Origin: Thelocarpon superellum
Taxonomy: Eukaryota
DNA length: 40,877 nucleotides
NCBI GenBank assembly: GCA_026025795.1
Contig: JAPEUG010000123.1
Coordinates: 1-40,877 of the forward strand
Direction of reading: 5' to 3'
The notes under the pieces are model-generated. The model did no database searches, was not told where the DNA came from, and worked only from the letters and a program-made list of their open reading frames with translations. Below, piece by piece: positions 23,252 to 35,731 of this stretch. Within the stretch, counting starts at the first letter, position 1; every line of letters begins with the position of its first letter. Made by a program: the position numbers and the translations under genes.

Positions 23252-23739
23252 TTTCTTTTCCTTCTCTTCTTCCTCTCTTTTTCGGTGTTCCGTTTTTCTT
23301 ATCTCTCGTTCTCTTGATCTGGCATTTGGTTCCGGATTTTCTGCCTCTCGCTGTTCCTCCTACTCTTTTCATTTCTTCTGTTTTCTCGTCAGCGTGCACG
23401 TATCAATCTTTGTAGGAATCTTCTCTGGTCTGCATTTCCTTTTTTCTGTTCTGTTCTCTTCTTTTCTTTCCCTTCACGTGACTTCCTTTCTTCGCTTGTG
23501 TATGCTTGTACGGCGAGCGTCGTAAGTTCGGCTTTTTGTTCTCCTTCTTCCGTGTTCGCCCTCGTGCGGTTAGCCAGCTGCATTTCTCGGCGGTGCTCTG
23601 TGTCCTCTGCTTCTGCTGCATCTAGCGTGTTGCATCCAGCCGGCGTGTAAGAGTAGTGGTGGTGATGGTGATGGTGGTATCTTTCGTGCTCTGTGTGATT
23701 CTCCTTGGTTGGAAGTCGCTTCTTTGCTCTACTACTTTG

Positions 23740-23870
23740 TCTCGTACTCCCACTTCTTCTCGAACTCCCACTTCTTCTCGTACTCTTACTTCTTCTCGTA
23801 CTCTTACTTCTTCTCGTACTCCCACTTCTTCTCGTACTCCCACTGCTTCTCGTACTCTTACTTCTCCTCG
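23740..23870. repeat. 18-nt minisatellite, about 7 copies (TCTCGTACTCCCACTTCT / TCTCGTACTCTTACTTCT)
   Basis: Directly visible tandem array starting about 55 nt downstream of the methylcitrate synthase stop codon. Confidence 0.95.
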
Positions 23871-23924
23871 CTACCTCGCGACAGTCATCCATACCCTCCC
23901 ACTTCCCTCCACTCATCCAAATCC

Positions 23925-25606
23925 CTACGTCCCGCCTACTGATTTCAAGATTCCCTCGAGATTAATGCTTTTGGGTCTCTCGATGGGCAGTCCGAGAGCT
24001 CGATCCCAAATCAACTGCGCCAGGGGTCCAAGGCCACGACTGACGCCAAACGTCACCGTGTAATATAACGTCTCGGTGAAGCCGTAGTGATGGAAGAGAA
24101 CGCCCGAGCTGGAATCAACGTTGGGGTGAGGATTCTTGGTCTAGATCACGGATGCGTCAGCGTTGTGGTCATGGATTGATGGAGAGCGGAGGGAAGAATG
24201 GGATGATGCACCTTTCCATGCTCGGTCAATACTTCCGGCGCCACCTCCGAGTTCTTCTTGACGAGCTGGAAGACGGGGTCGGCAGCGATCTCGGGCCGCG
24301 ACGAGGCAAAGTCCATCAAGGCCTCGAAGCGAGGGTCGGGTTTGCGGAGGACGGCGTGGCCGTAGCCCGGCACCACCTGGCCGGACTTCAACGTGCTCCA
24401 CAGGTAGTCCTTGACGTCTTGGTCGGTGAAGGAGGTCCCGATCGCGGCTTGCATCTTGAGGATCCATCGCAGGACTTCTTGCGCGGCGAGCCTGTCGAGA
24501 CACGTCAGTCGACGAAGCGCTCAGCAGAGCTTCGCAATCAGGAGAGCTTCGCAACGCACCCGTGGAGAGGGCCGGCAAGACCGAGGAGACCAGCACTGTA
24601 GCTGAGAAACGGGTCGCTGAGGGCGCTTCCCACCAGATGAGTAGCGTGGGCGGAGACGTTGCCTCCTTCGTGGTCGCCATGGAGCGCAATGTACAGTCGG
24701 AGAAGGTCTTGGAAGTTCTCGTGCTCCTTACCGCCTTTCCCCAGCATGGCCGCGAAATTGTACGCCCAGTCCTGCTGTAGGTCCACCTTGGCTGGCAGGG
24801 CGCCTCCGCCGCGGTACGCATTCTGGTAGATTTTGGCGGCAATCGTGGGCAGCTTGCCCAAAAGTGAGATGCTGTCGTCAAACGTGGGCTCCCAGTAGTC
24901 GGCCTTGCTCAGCCCCGCTTCGTAGGCCTTGGCAAAGCTGGAGGTATGATTGAGCGCGGCGACGGCAGCGGCAAACTGCGTCATGGGATGCAGATCCGTC
25001 GGGAAGTTATCGAGCATCTCCTCGAGAAAGGGGGGAATCGTCGCTTGCTCCGCCAGCTGGCGTGACAGACCACGCACTTGTGCGGTCGACGGCACTTGGC
25101 CCGTGAGCAGCAGCCAGAACATTGACTCGGGGAGCATCTCGGTCCCCGACGTGCCCTTGGGGAGATCGCTGCGACAGTCTCTGATCGAGCGACCGTGAAA
25201 GCGAATCCCCTCGTTTGGATCCAGCACGGAACTCTCCCATACCATCGCCTTGAGGCCTCTGTTTCGCCATCGTCAGCCCTTTACCCATGCGTTGTGCCCG
25301 TCTGGCAACGGTGCACCACCAACCTCATCCCACCAATCGTGTTCTCCACCTTGACGTCACCCAACACTTTGCCGCCATGATCCGTCTTGACCTGTCTCAA
25401 CAGCTCACGCTTGGCTGGGATGACCGCTTTCAGGGCGCTCTTCAGATCGGGTTCTGGCGTGGAGGAATACGACCGAGTAACGGAGGGGGTCGCGAGTCTG
25501 GGCGAGAGTCTCTGTCGTCATCGTCAGACATTGAGCGTCATCACCCATCCACACCTACCTGAGCGGTCCGGAGCACCCCCGGGGTGATGCGGTTGCTGAA
25601 CGCCAT
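23925..25606 (-). CDS. mcsA: 2-methylcitrate synthase, mitochondrial, 5 exons
   Basis: Citrate synthase fold ([25 protein letters not shown]) with GPLHG-LAAQEVL instead of LANQEVL; presequence [16 protein letters not shown]; head-to-head with methylisocitrate lyase. Confidence 0.92.
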
Positions 25607-25859
25607 GACAGAGGGCCGCCGTGATGTTCAGTCCCTTCGTCCCAGCTTTGGGGTGGCCTCCTCTGATTGCCAGCCACAGATTCCTCCGCCGTTAGCCGAG
25701 TGGTGGGGCAACGATCGGATAAGATAAGATCCGATTCCTGCCTCGGTCCTCCGTCAGACAACTTGTCCCGTCAAGTGGCGAGGAACGATGGTTGTTTGTC
25801 AAGTGTCAATGGTCACATGGTGGAGACTACGTGTTCGCATCTTGGGTGATGTCGTGAGC
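25607..25859. promoter_or_regulatory. Bidirectional mcsA-mclA promoter (253 bp)
   Basis: Divergent ATGs at 25606 and 25860. Contains the ATCGGAT-AAGATAAG-ATCCGAT palindrome (25714..25735) and CCTCGG (25741..25746). Confidence 0.8.
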
Positions 25860-27946
25860 ATGATGCGTCGGTCACATCCCATCCTCCACGGCCTTGGCCG
25901 CATCGTCTCCCGACCCGCAACGGCGACAAGCGTCCGCAGCTTGTCCGTGTCCTCATCCACCATGACCGCGGTCCACCTCTCGCCCGTCGATCCTCTGTTG
26001 TCCTCTGCCTTGCCTTCTGACGCGTTTCAATTGCTTCCAGCGTCCGCCAAAGATGGGGCTCATGAGGATGCATTGTTCGACCAACAAGTCCACGACGTGA
26101 AGCAATGGTGGGCATCGCCGCGGTATGAGGGTATCCGACGACCATACTCGGCCCAGGATATCGTCAGCAAGCGGGGCACCTTACAACAGACGTATCCAAG
26201 CTCCCTGATGGCACGCAAGCTCTTCACTTTGCTCCGAGAAAAGGAGGCCAACGGACAGCCGCTCCACACCAGTACGCCACTTCCCCTTCTCCTTTGCCGG
26301 AGCTGACAGACCCTCGGTCCTTTCCAGTGGGGGCCATTGACCCTGTGCAGATGACTCAACAAGCCGCTGCCCAAGAGGCGCTGTACATCTCCGGCTGGGC
26401 ATGTTCGTCCACGCTGACGACGACCCACGAGGTGTCGCCCGACTTTGGCGACTATCCCTACAATACGGTGCCCAACCAGGTTCAACGGCTGTTCAAAGCG
26501 CAGCAGCTCCACGATCGGAAACAATGGGACGCCCGTCGGCGAATGAACGCCGAGGAGCGTCGGACGACACCCTACGTCGACTATCTGCGGCCGATCGTCG
26601 CGGATGGGGATACCGGGTAGGCAACATCGACCGGCGTGACGGACCTCTTACCGACCCTTGACTGATCACTCGCTCCAGACACGGTGGCTTGTCGGCGGTG
26701 ATGAAGCTCGCCAAACTCTTCGCCGAGAATGGAGCGGCGGCGGTGCACTTTGAGGACCAGATGCACGGCGGCAAGAAGTGCGGGCATCTTGCGGGCAAGG
26801 TGCTGGTGCCGATGGGGGAACACATCAAGCGCCTCATCGCGGCACGATACCAATGGGATATGATGGGGTCGGAGAACCTGCTCATCGCCCGGACTGATGC
26901 CGAGAGTGGAAAGCTCCTGAGCAGCGCCATCGACGTGTGCGATCACGAGTTCATCCTGGGCGTCAACGACGTCGTGGAGCCCTTGGCCGAGCGCCTCGCA
27001 GCGATGGAGCACGAAGGCGCGACCGCAGAGGAGATTGATGTCTACGAGGCCACGTGGGTGAAGGAGCACGAGTTGATGACGTTTGACGAAGGTAGCCCGT
27101 GCCCTCCTATCGGTGACGTCCACCGCTGACGACGTGATGGCAGCCGCATTGCGGCACTTTCACACGCACGGCGTCGCTCAGACAAAGATCGACCGATATC
27201 GGTCAGACGTAGAGGCCGATCATGATTTGTCCTTATCCGCCCGGCGACGCTTGGCCAACGCCCATGGCGGCAGTGAGGTCCCCTTTTCGTGGGATACGCC
27301 TCGAACTCGCGAAGGCTTCTATCATTATCGCGCGGGACTCCCCGCGGCAACCAAACGCGCCATCCACTATGGTCCCTACGCCGATCTCTTGTGGCTCGAG
27401 ACCGCGAGTCCCAGCGTCGCGAAAGCGGCGGCCTTTGCGGGCGAGATTCGCGACACACACCCAGGGAAGCCGCTGGTCTACAACCTGAGCCCCTCGTTCA
27501 ACTGGATGGGTCACGGTTTCACCGAGAGCACGCTGCGTTCCTTCATCTGGGATCTGGCGCAACATGGGTAGGTTGACTTCACTCCGGCGCTCTCTCCCGA
27601 GGCGTCTTTGCTGATCTTGTGCCAGGTTCGTCTTACAGCTCATCTCCCTCGCGGGCCTGCACTCGACGGCGACCATCACGTCGGAATTGTCCAAGGCGTA
27701 CCAGCACGAGGGCATGCTCGCATACGTGCGGCTCGTGCAACAGCGCGAGAAAGATCTCGGCGTCGACGTGCTCACGCATCAGAAATGGAGTGGTGCACAA
27801 TACATGGACGGCATCCTCGGCAGCATCCAGAGCGGAAGCAGTTCGAGTCGGAGCATGGGCGAGGGCAATACTGAGACAGGTGAGTGAGTTGATAACATCC
27901 TGCCCCCCGCATCCCGCTCACCCTCTTGCCCACCGTAGGGTTTTGA
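25860..27946 (+). CDS. mclA: 2-methylisocitrate lyase, mitochondrial, 6 exons
   Basis: ICL fold with [10 protein letters not shown] and [10 protein letters not shown] (ICL has KKCGHM and WQFITLAGLH); Arg/Ser-rich presequence; short final exon GG TTT TGA. Confidence 0.92.
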
Positions 27947-28735
27947 GTCTTTCGGAATAGAGCACTGCGATGCGGTCATTGTCATCTACGTAGATCACCC
28001 TCGCTACCTGTACCATGCACCGCCACGTCTGTGCATGACGGTCTACGGACGCAAGGAGGTTACTGCGGCGCACGTGCGTCGATCAGTGGTACAGGAGCCC
28101 AGAGAACCGTCGGCGCCACGCTAGTCAGGTCTCATCCGAGATCTCGTCCTGTACACAGGGCCACGCAGGTGGAGACCTCTTCGTGCCGACGTGGAGTCCT
28201 CCCCACGTCCAATAATGCCCCGGCGAATGGACGATGTTCATCCGGTCGGATGGTGAGCCACGTTGCAAGCCAGGCTGCAGCGTGGTCCCCCATGCATCCA
28301 TCGTTTCCCTGTATCTCGTACAAGTCGGAGGCTGCGGTGGTGATTGCGGGGCATGAAGGACTGGAGACGTGAGACGATCTGGGCGGTCAGGCAAGGCGGT
28401 GGGATGGCACGAGCCGAATTGGTCGAGAGTCTCGGTTGGGGTGTCACGTTCCCGCGGTGTTCCTTGGCCCGTGGCCCCTGGGCGCGGCCATGTCGCCGAG
28501 GCGAACTTTTTTCCAGCCAGGAGCCGAGAGCGCGCCTCTCCACCCCACCAGAACATTATCATCGTGCCCGTTGTGCGCGCCATCGGTCCACGTCTCCCTT
28601 CTCCCTTGGCCCTCGACGTCGGCGTGTGCCTGTTCCGCGGATCCTCGGTCCCCTCGCACGCCGTTGACTGGATCCGACGACTGAGCGGCTTCCGGGCGCC
28701 CGCGGTCACCTTCGGCCGCATCGCGGTCCACGGAG

Positions 28736-31700
28736 ATGCCCCACCAAATCTCTCCTCCCCTCGCGCCCATCATGCTCGTCAAGGCGCCGGGCGTGGCGAG
28801 CCCAACCCGCGAGGACATTGCCTCCTTCCTCACCTCCATCTTCACCGCCGAGACGTCCCAGGCCGCCCTGGACGCCTCCTACGCCCTGGTCAACGTGCTG
28901 CTCCAGTCCGTGGGCTTCCGCGGCCTCCACGGCTACGGCATCTTGGCTGAGATCAAGAGTGCGGCCACGGACAAGAAGAGCGGCACCCGCCGCGAGAGCG
29001 CCATGATCCTGCTCGGCGCCCTGTTGGAGCGCTTCCCCGAGACGCAGCGGGTCAGCGAGGTCCTCTTCCTCCGTGACTCCGGCCTCATCCCCGTCGCCCT
29101 TGATGCCCTCGCGGACAAGGGCGCCGTCGTGCGCGAGTCGGCCCAGTATGCCTTGGATGCCCTCTTCACCACCTTGTCCGTCGAGGCCCTGGTCGTCGGG
29201 CTCCTCCCGGTCCTGGTCACGTACCTCCATCGAAAGTCGGGCAAGTGGCAGGGCGCCGTCGGCGCGCTGGGGCTGATGGGCCGCATGGCCGACCACGCCA
29301 AGGTGGGCATGGGCAGCAAGGAGGAGGAGCAGCGCAAGGATCTGCTGCGCGAGGCCATGGGCGCTCGGCTGGAGGGTCTGATCCCCGTGGTCGAGAGCGG
29401 CATGCACGACCTCAAGACCGAGGTCGCCAAGCAGGCCCTCAAGGCCATGACCTCGCTCACGACGTTGCTGTCCAACGACGACGTGGCCCCCCGCATCCCG
29501 CTCCTCATCACGACGATGGAGCAGCCGTCGGCGACGACGCTGCAGCAGGCCATCCACGCCCTCTCCCAGACCACCTTTGTCGCCATCGTCACCTCGCCCG
29601 TGCTGGCGCTGCTGACGCCGCTGCTCGAACGGTCGCTGAACACGCCGTCGACGTCGCAAGAGGTCCTGCGACAGACGGTCGTCGTCGTCGAGAATCTGAC
29701 CAAGCTGGTGCACGACCCGGTCGAGGCGCGCACCTTCCTCCCCAAGCTGAAGCCCGGCGTCAAGGGCGTGCAGGATCGCGCCTCGCTCCCCGAGGTGCGT
29801 GAGTTGGCCGATCGTGCCATGGCCGTCATCAATCAGGCCATGGGCGACGATGACGGACGCCTCAGCGACGGCGCCGTGGCCCCGGTCACGGCCGAAGAGG
29901 TCATGACGATCCTCGACCGCGAGTTCGCCACCGCGGGCGGCCTGGTCGAGCCTCGTGGTGATGCGGCCGTCTGGGACCGGACCCGACGCTACATAGGTGA
30001 GATGGCCCGTGAGGATATCCACGCGCGCCAGCTGGGCCGTCTCCCCCGGTCCATCGGGCCCTACCTGCAAGCCCTGTGCAAGGAGGTCGCGGCCGCCTCC
30101 CGCGTGGCCGAGGCGGTCCAGGCCCACTACCTCGCCGAGGATCGCCGCCGCTTCGGCCAACCCGTAAAGGAGGACACGGGCGAGGTGGAGATTGTCAACA
30201 CCGAGTTCTCGCTCGCGTACGGCGGCATGCTGCTGCTGTCGCACACCAACCTGCGACTCCTCAAGGGCCACCGATACGGTCTCTGTGGCCGCAATGGCGC
30301 GGGCAAGTCGACGCTGATGCGCAGCATCGCCGAGGGGAAGCTGGAAGGCTTTCCCAGCAGGGAGCAGCTCAAGACGTGCTTCGTGGAGCACAATCAAGGG
30401 GAAGACGCCGACCTCAGCATCCTCGAGTTTGTCGCCAAGGACCCCGAGCTGGCCGCCTCCGGTCGTGAGCGCATCGCCGAGGTGCTCAGCGAGGTCGGCT
30501 TCACCGCCGGCCCGCGCGGGCGTCAGCAGGAGCAGGTGGGCGCCTTGTCAGGCGGGTGGAAGATGAAGCTGGCCTTGGCGCGTGCGATGCTCATGGGCGC
30601 CGACGTGCTCCTGCTCGACGAACCGACCAATCACCTGGACGTGGGCAACGTCAAGTGGCTGCAGGACTACCTCAAGACGCACACCGAGATCACCAGCTTG
30701 ATCGTCAGCCACGACTCGGGCTTCCTCGACGAGGTGTGCACCAACATCTATCACTACGAGAGCAAGAAGCTGGTCTGCTACGAGGGGAACCTGGCCGACT
30801 TTGTCCGCGTGAAGCCCGAGGCGAAGAGCTACTACACCCTGTCCGCCTCGAACGCGCAGTTCAAGTTCCCGCCGCCCGGCATCCTCACGGGGGTCAAGTC
30901 GCTGACGCGGTCGATCATGCGCATGACCAACGTCACCTACACCTACCCGGGCGCGTCCAAGCCGTCGCTGTACAATGTTTCGTGCTCGCTGTCGCTCTCG
31001 TCGCGCACGGCCATCCTGGGCGGGAACGGGGCCGGCAAATCCACGCTCATCAAGCTGCTCACGGGCGAGACGATCCCGCAGGAGGGCAAGGTCGAGAAGC
31101 ATCCGAACTTGCGCATCGGCTACATCAAACAACACGCCCTCGAGCACGTGGAGATGCACATGGAGAAGACGCCCAACCAGTACCTGCAGTGGCGCTACGC
31201 CAACGGCGACGATCGTGAGGTCTTGATGAAGCAGACGCGTGTCTTGTCGCCCGAGGACAAGGCGCAGATGGACAAGTATGTCGATCTCGGCGACGGGAAG
31301 GGCGGTCGCCGGATCGAGAACCTGATGGGCCGACAGAAGTGGAAGAAGAGCTTCCAATACGAAGTGTACGTCCCTCGCCGCCCGGGGACGGCCTCCCGCT
31401 AACGGCGCCAGGAAATGGGTGGGGTTGCTACCCAAGAACAACGCCCAGATCTCGCGCGAGACGCTCTTGGAGCTGGGCTTCGACAAGCTGGTGCAAGAAT
31501 TCGACGATCACGAGGCCTCGCGCGAAGGCCTCGGCTTCCGCGACCTGTCGCCCAAGGTGATCTCGAAGCATTTCGAGGATCTGGGGCTCGATCCCGAGAT
31601 TGCCAACCACAACGAGATCTCCGGGCTGTCGGGCGGGCAGAAGGTCAAGGTGGTGCTGGCCGGCGCGATGTGGAACAATCCGCATCTGCTCGTGCTGGAC

Positions 31701-32138
31701 GAACCCACCAACTACCTGGACCGCGACTCGCTCGGCGGCCTCGCCGTCGCCATCCGGGACTACAAAGGCGGCGTCGTCATGATCTCGCACAACGAAGAGT
31801 TCGTCGGCGCGCTGTGCCCCGAACAGTGGCACGTGGCCGACGGACGAGTCACCCACAAGGGCCATCTCGCCGTGGCCATGGATCGCTTCGAGGATAGCCG
31901 GCCCGGCAGCAGCGTCGGCAGCAGTGCCGTCTCGTCCGCCACCGCCTCGGCCGCCGCCTCGGCCGTCAACTCGGGCGCGGAGGAGGGCGGGGAGATGAAG
32001 TTCAAGTCGAAGAAGAAGAAGAAGCTGACGCGCAATCAGCTCAAGGAGCGCGAGGTGCGGCGGAAGCTGCGACATATCGAGTGGCTGAATAGCCCCAAAG
32101 GCACCCCGCATCCGCCGGACACGGATGATGAGGCATGA
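28736..32138 (+). CDS. NEW1: eEF3-like ABC-F ATPase New1/Elf1, 2 exons
   Basis: HEAT repeats, two ABC cassettes (GRNGAGKST/LSGGW; GGNGAGKST/LSGGQ), chromodomain-like insert. C-terminus RHIEWLNSPKGTPHPPDTDDE is New1/Elf1-like rather than Yef3-like. Intron 31366..31411. Confidence 0.9.
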
Positions 32139-33338
32139 GAGATGATGCGCGCGTGAAGGATGCGGCCGCTGCATGCATCCTCCGCCGACGACGACTCTCC
32201 TTGGTTTGGTTTCGATGGCTTTCTGACATGACTTCTCGGGATAGACTAGTGCGGTGATTAGAAGGCATGGATTCCTGTAGACGAGTCGTCGTAGTGAGAG
32301 TTGGAGTTGCGAGTCGGTCGAGCGAATGTCTTCCGTCTTCCGTCTCGCTCCTCCACGTCCCGCCGGCGCTGGCCGCTGACCAAGCCTCACCCCCCGGTGC
32401 CATCTGACAAGGACCGGGATCGGGGCTCTCATCGACCGGGATGTGGAGCGCAACGAACGACGCGGAGGCGCACGACGCGAGCCTGCCTGACGGCGACGGC
32501 GTCGCGGTCACGTGAGCGCGGGCAAGGATCGGGCCCGCCCAAATTGAAATTCGAGCTGAGCAACGGCACCACGACGATACGGGTATCGCGGCGGCGGCCG
32601 ACTAAGGGACGCTTGTGCAGGACCAACGACGCACCGAACTAGGTCCCACCTCTCGTGGCCGCCGAGACCCGGCGGACCTTGGCGCCCGATGGCACGCATC
32701 GCCCCGCGTGGGTGTTGGAGCGGCAGCCATGGTGGATGAGCGTCCGAACATCGTACGAGGCCTGGTGGGACGGTGGGATGGTGGTCCAGGCGCGGGTGCA
32801 GGACATGTGCTGCACCCGGCCATCGACCGTCGGCTCGGCTGGAGGGGTGCTGTATCGTAGGGTGTGGCATGCGGAGTACACGCCCACGAACCCTTTGGCG
32901 GGATCCGGAGGGTGCGAGCCCTGCCCTCTCTCGTGCCCGTACCGGAGCCTACCCTGGGTGCCGTGCCGGTACCGCGATCGAAGATCGTTTCCTCAGTCAG
33001 CCTTGACTTTTCGCTTTCCTCGCTTTCTTTCTCGCTTTCGCTTTTGCCTTTTGCCAGGCCCGATTCGCCTGTTGGCCTGTTCGCTTGCCCCGAGAAACGT
33101 GCACCGTGCACCCATGCACCCTGCCCGTCACTCTCGCTCCTCCTTGCTCGTCGCTGGTTGCGCGCGATGCTCGCTCCCCGTCGCCCTGGTTCCGCCCATC
33201 TATCCGATCCAGCGACGTCAACTTCTGCTCCCCCCGCCCCAAAAGTTCTGCTAGCTGACGCTAGCGGCCTTTCCCAGCGCTGGCCGACTGGATCGTCCCG
33301 CTCTCCGTCCTCTCCTCGTCCCCCCGGAGCGCGCGGGC

Positions 33339-33374
33339 GCCCACGCCCACGCCCACGCCCACGCCCACGCCCAC
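33339..33374. repeat. (GCCCAC)6 microsatellite upstream of the permease
   Basis: Six perfect copies. Confidence 0.95.
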
Positions 33375-33879
33375 CCTCACCGCGCTGTGGCGCGCCGCCC
33401 ACCCACGAGGGATAGCTCCCACCCTTGCTGCTCTTGGCCTGGACCACGGCCCGATACTATGCTCGCCGTCGCATGATTGTGCGCAGGCCCAGGATTTCCA
33501 TGGCCTCGGTCGACTCCGACGTCTTATCTATCATGACTTCTGCCGTCCGGCGATTCCATCCACCCTCCCCCTTGCTGGTGCCTCCACCTCTCCCCTTCTC
33601 TTCCCCCGCCCCTTTGTGTTTGTGGTGACGGGTCTACGAGCGACCGTGGGCCCGTACTTTGTACCAGTAGCCCTTTCTCCACCTTGATTCCCGTACCTTT
33701 CCTTCTTCTTCCGTCTTCACCCCGGCCTCCCCATCTAGCTTCTAGCTCCATCGAGTAAACGTACCGCCGTGAGACATTGGATCCACCCTCCACCCACCCA
33801 CCCATCCTACCTCCACTGACTCTCCGTGACCTCCATCATTGGGACGTCTTCCCACCACCTCTCTCAAGCTCCTCTTGCC

Positions 33880-35637
33880 ATGGACAATGAGAAGGAAGTG
33901 AGCACGGCCTACGCGGCGTCGCAGGATGTGGTGGAGGATGCCAAACATATGGATGCGGATACCCTCAAGCTGGCATGTACGTCACTCGCTCTGTGCGCAT
34001 CTGGGGCGCGGCGCCGACTGACCTGGGCGCAGCGATGGGTTACACCCAAGACTTGGAGCGAAACTTCTCCGTCTGGTCTGTCCTCGGCGTCGGCTTCTCC
34101 CTGACCAACTCGTGGTTCGCCATCTCGGCGGCGTTGATCACGGGCATCAACTCGGGCGGGCCGATCCTGATCGTCTACGGCATCATCCTGATCGCCCTCA
34201 TCTCCATCTGCGTGGGCGTGTCCTTGTCCGAGCTCGCCAGCGCCTTTCCCAACGCCGGTGGGCAATACTTTTGGGCGCACGAGCTGGCGCCTAAGCGGTA
34301 CGCCAACTTTGCCTCGTATCTGACGGGATGGTTTGCCTGGGCCGGTGCCGTCTTCACCTCGGCCGCCGTGGCGCTGGCGGTGGGCAGTGCGGGCGTGGGG
34401 TGCTATCAATTGACCCATCCCGACTTGTACGTTCCGCTCCGATGGCTCCATCTCCCATCCCGCTCGCCGCCGACGCTGACGCTGACGCTGGTAGGGTGAT
34501 ACAACCATGGATGGTCGTGGTGGCGTACCAGCTGGTCAATGGGTTTTCCTACTTCTTCAATTGCTACGGCAAGGTGCTTCCGGCCATCGCCAGCACCTCA
34601 CTCTGGGTCTCGTTGATCTCCTTTGCCGTGATCCTCATCACCGTACCGGCCGCGGCGCCCACCCACCAGAGTGCGCAATACGTGTTTGCCAACTTTGTCA
34701 ACAACACGGGATGGCAACAGAATGGGATCGCCTTTATCGTGGGCCTCATCAACACCAACTGGGCCTTTGCCTGTCTCGATTGCGCCACGCACATGGCGGA
34801 AGAGGTGCCACGGCCCGAGCGGAACATTCCCATTGCCATCATGGGCACCGTGGCCATTGGGTTCGTGACGTCGTGGTTCTTCTCCATCGCCTTGTTCTTC
34901 AGCCTCGACAACCTCGACGCCATTCAGGCCTCGCTCACCGGCGTGCCGGTCCTGGAGCTGTTCCACCAAGCGCTGCGCAACACGGCCGGCGCCGTCGTGC
35001 TGGAGAGCTTGATCATGGTCACGGGCGTGGGCTGCTTGATCGCCTGTCACACGTGGCAAGCACGGTTGTGTTGGTCCTTTGCTCGCGACAAGGGTGTGCC
35101 AGGATACACGTACCTCGCCCGGGTCAACACGACCCTCGACACGCCATTGCATGCACACACCGCGAGCTCCGTCATCGTCTCCCTGCTGGGACTCCTGTAC
35201 CTGGGCTCCTCGACAGCCTTCAACAGGCAGGTTCCCCTTGGCTCTGACGTTGATCGATGGCTAACTCCTCACAGTATGGTCACGGCGTCCATCGTGCTCT
35301 TGTACATCTCCTACAGCATCCCCGTAATCTGTCTGCTGATCCGGGGACGCGACAACGTGACGCACGGGCCATTTTGGATGGGTCGATTTGGCTTCGCGTC
35401 CAACATCGTCTTGTGCCTGTGGACCCTATTCACCTTGATCATGTATTCCTTTCCCATCTACCAGCCGGTGACGGCAGCAACCAGTACGTCGTCACGATTC
35501 GCCCTTTTCCTTGACCCACCACTAACGTCTCGCGCAGTGAACTACGTCAGCGTCATCTACTTCATCGTCATCGCCATCCTTGTCGGATATTGGTTCATCC
35601 AGGCGCGACATACCTATGGCCATCGAAGTGGCAGTGA

Positions 35638-35669
<32 letters not shown>

Positions 35670-35731
35670 AGGTCGCCGACGTCGCGCAACTCGATGGTGC
35701 CTCGAAGGAATCATCATCAAACGACCTGTAA
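33880..35731 (+). CDS. HNM1: Hnm1-like choline/ethanolamine permease (APC superfamily, ACT family), 5 exons
   Basis: NFSVWSVLGVGFSLTNSW..SGGP..IVYGII..LSELASAFPNAGGQY and DCATHMAEE closely resemble yeast Hnm1. Four introns, including GC-AG 35227..35274; (GCC)10 poly-Ala at 35639..35668. Confidence 0.85.

Noticed and set aside
23740..23870. CRISPR array or RiPP precursor (FFSYSH repeats)
   Set aside because: No spacers; eukaryotic context; the aromatic frame has no ATG, signal peptide or KR processing sites.
23925..27946. Call as citrate synthase plus glyoxylate-cycle isocitrate lyase
   Set aside because: [21 protein letters not shown], the mitochondrial presequences and the divergent linkage indicate the methylcitrate enzymes.
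28736..32138. Call as canonical eEF3 (YEF3)
   Set aside because: The N-terminus and the IEWLNSPKGTP tail fit the New1/Elf1 paralogue better.
28706..32453. Long antisense ORFs (563, 299, 312 and 341 aa) opposite NEW1
   Set aside because: Shadow ORFs caused by extreme GC3 bias of the sense gene.
32602..33447. 281-aa RG-rich ORF on the minus strand
   Set aside because: Derived from GC-rich promoter DNA and the GCCCAC and CGCTTT repeats; no ATG start or coding bias.
33973..33982. GC donor in the first permease intron
   Set aside because: The canonical GTACGT donor a few bases later gives the correct frame (LA-S-MGY).
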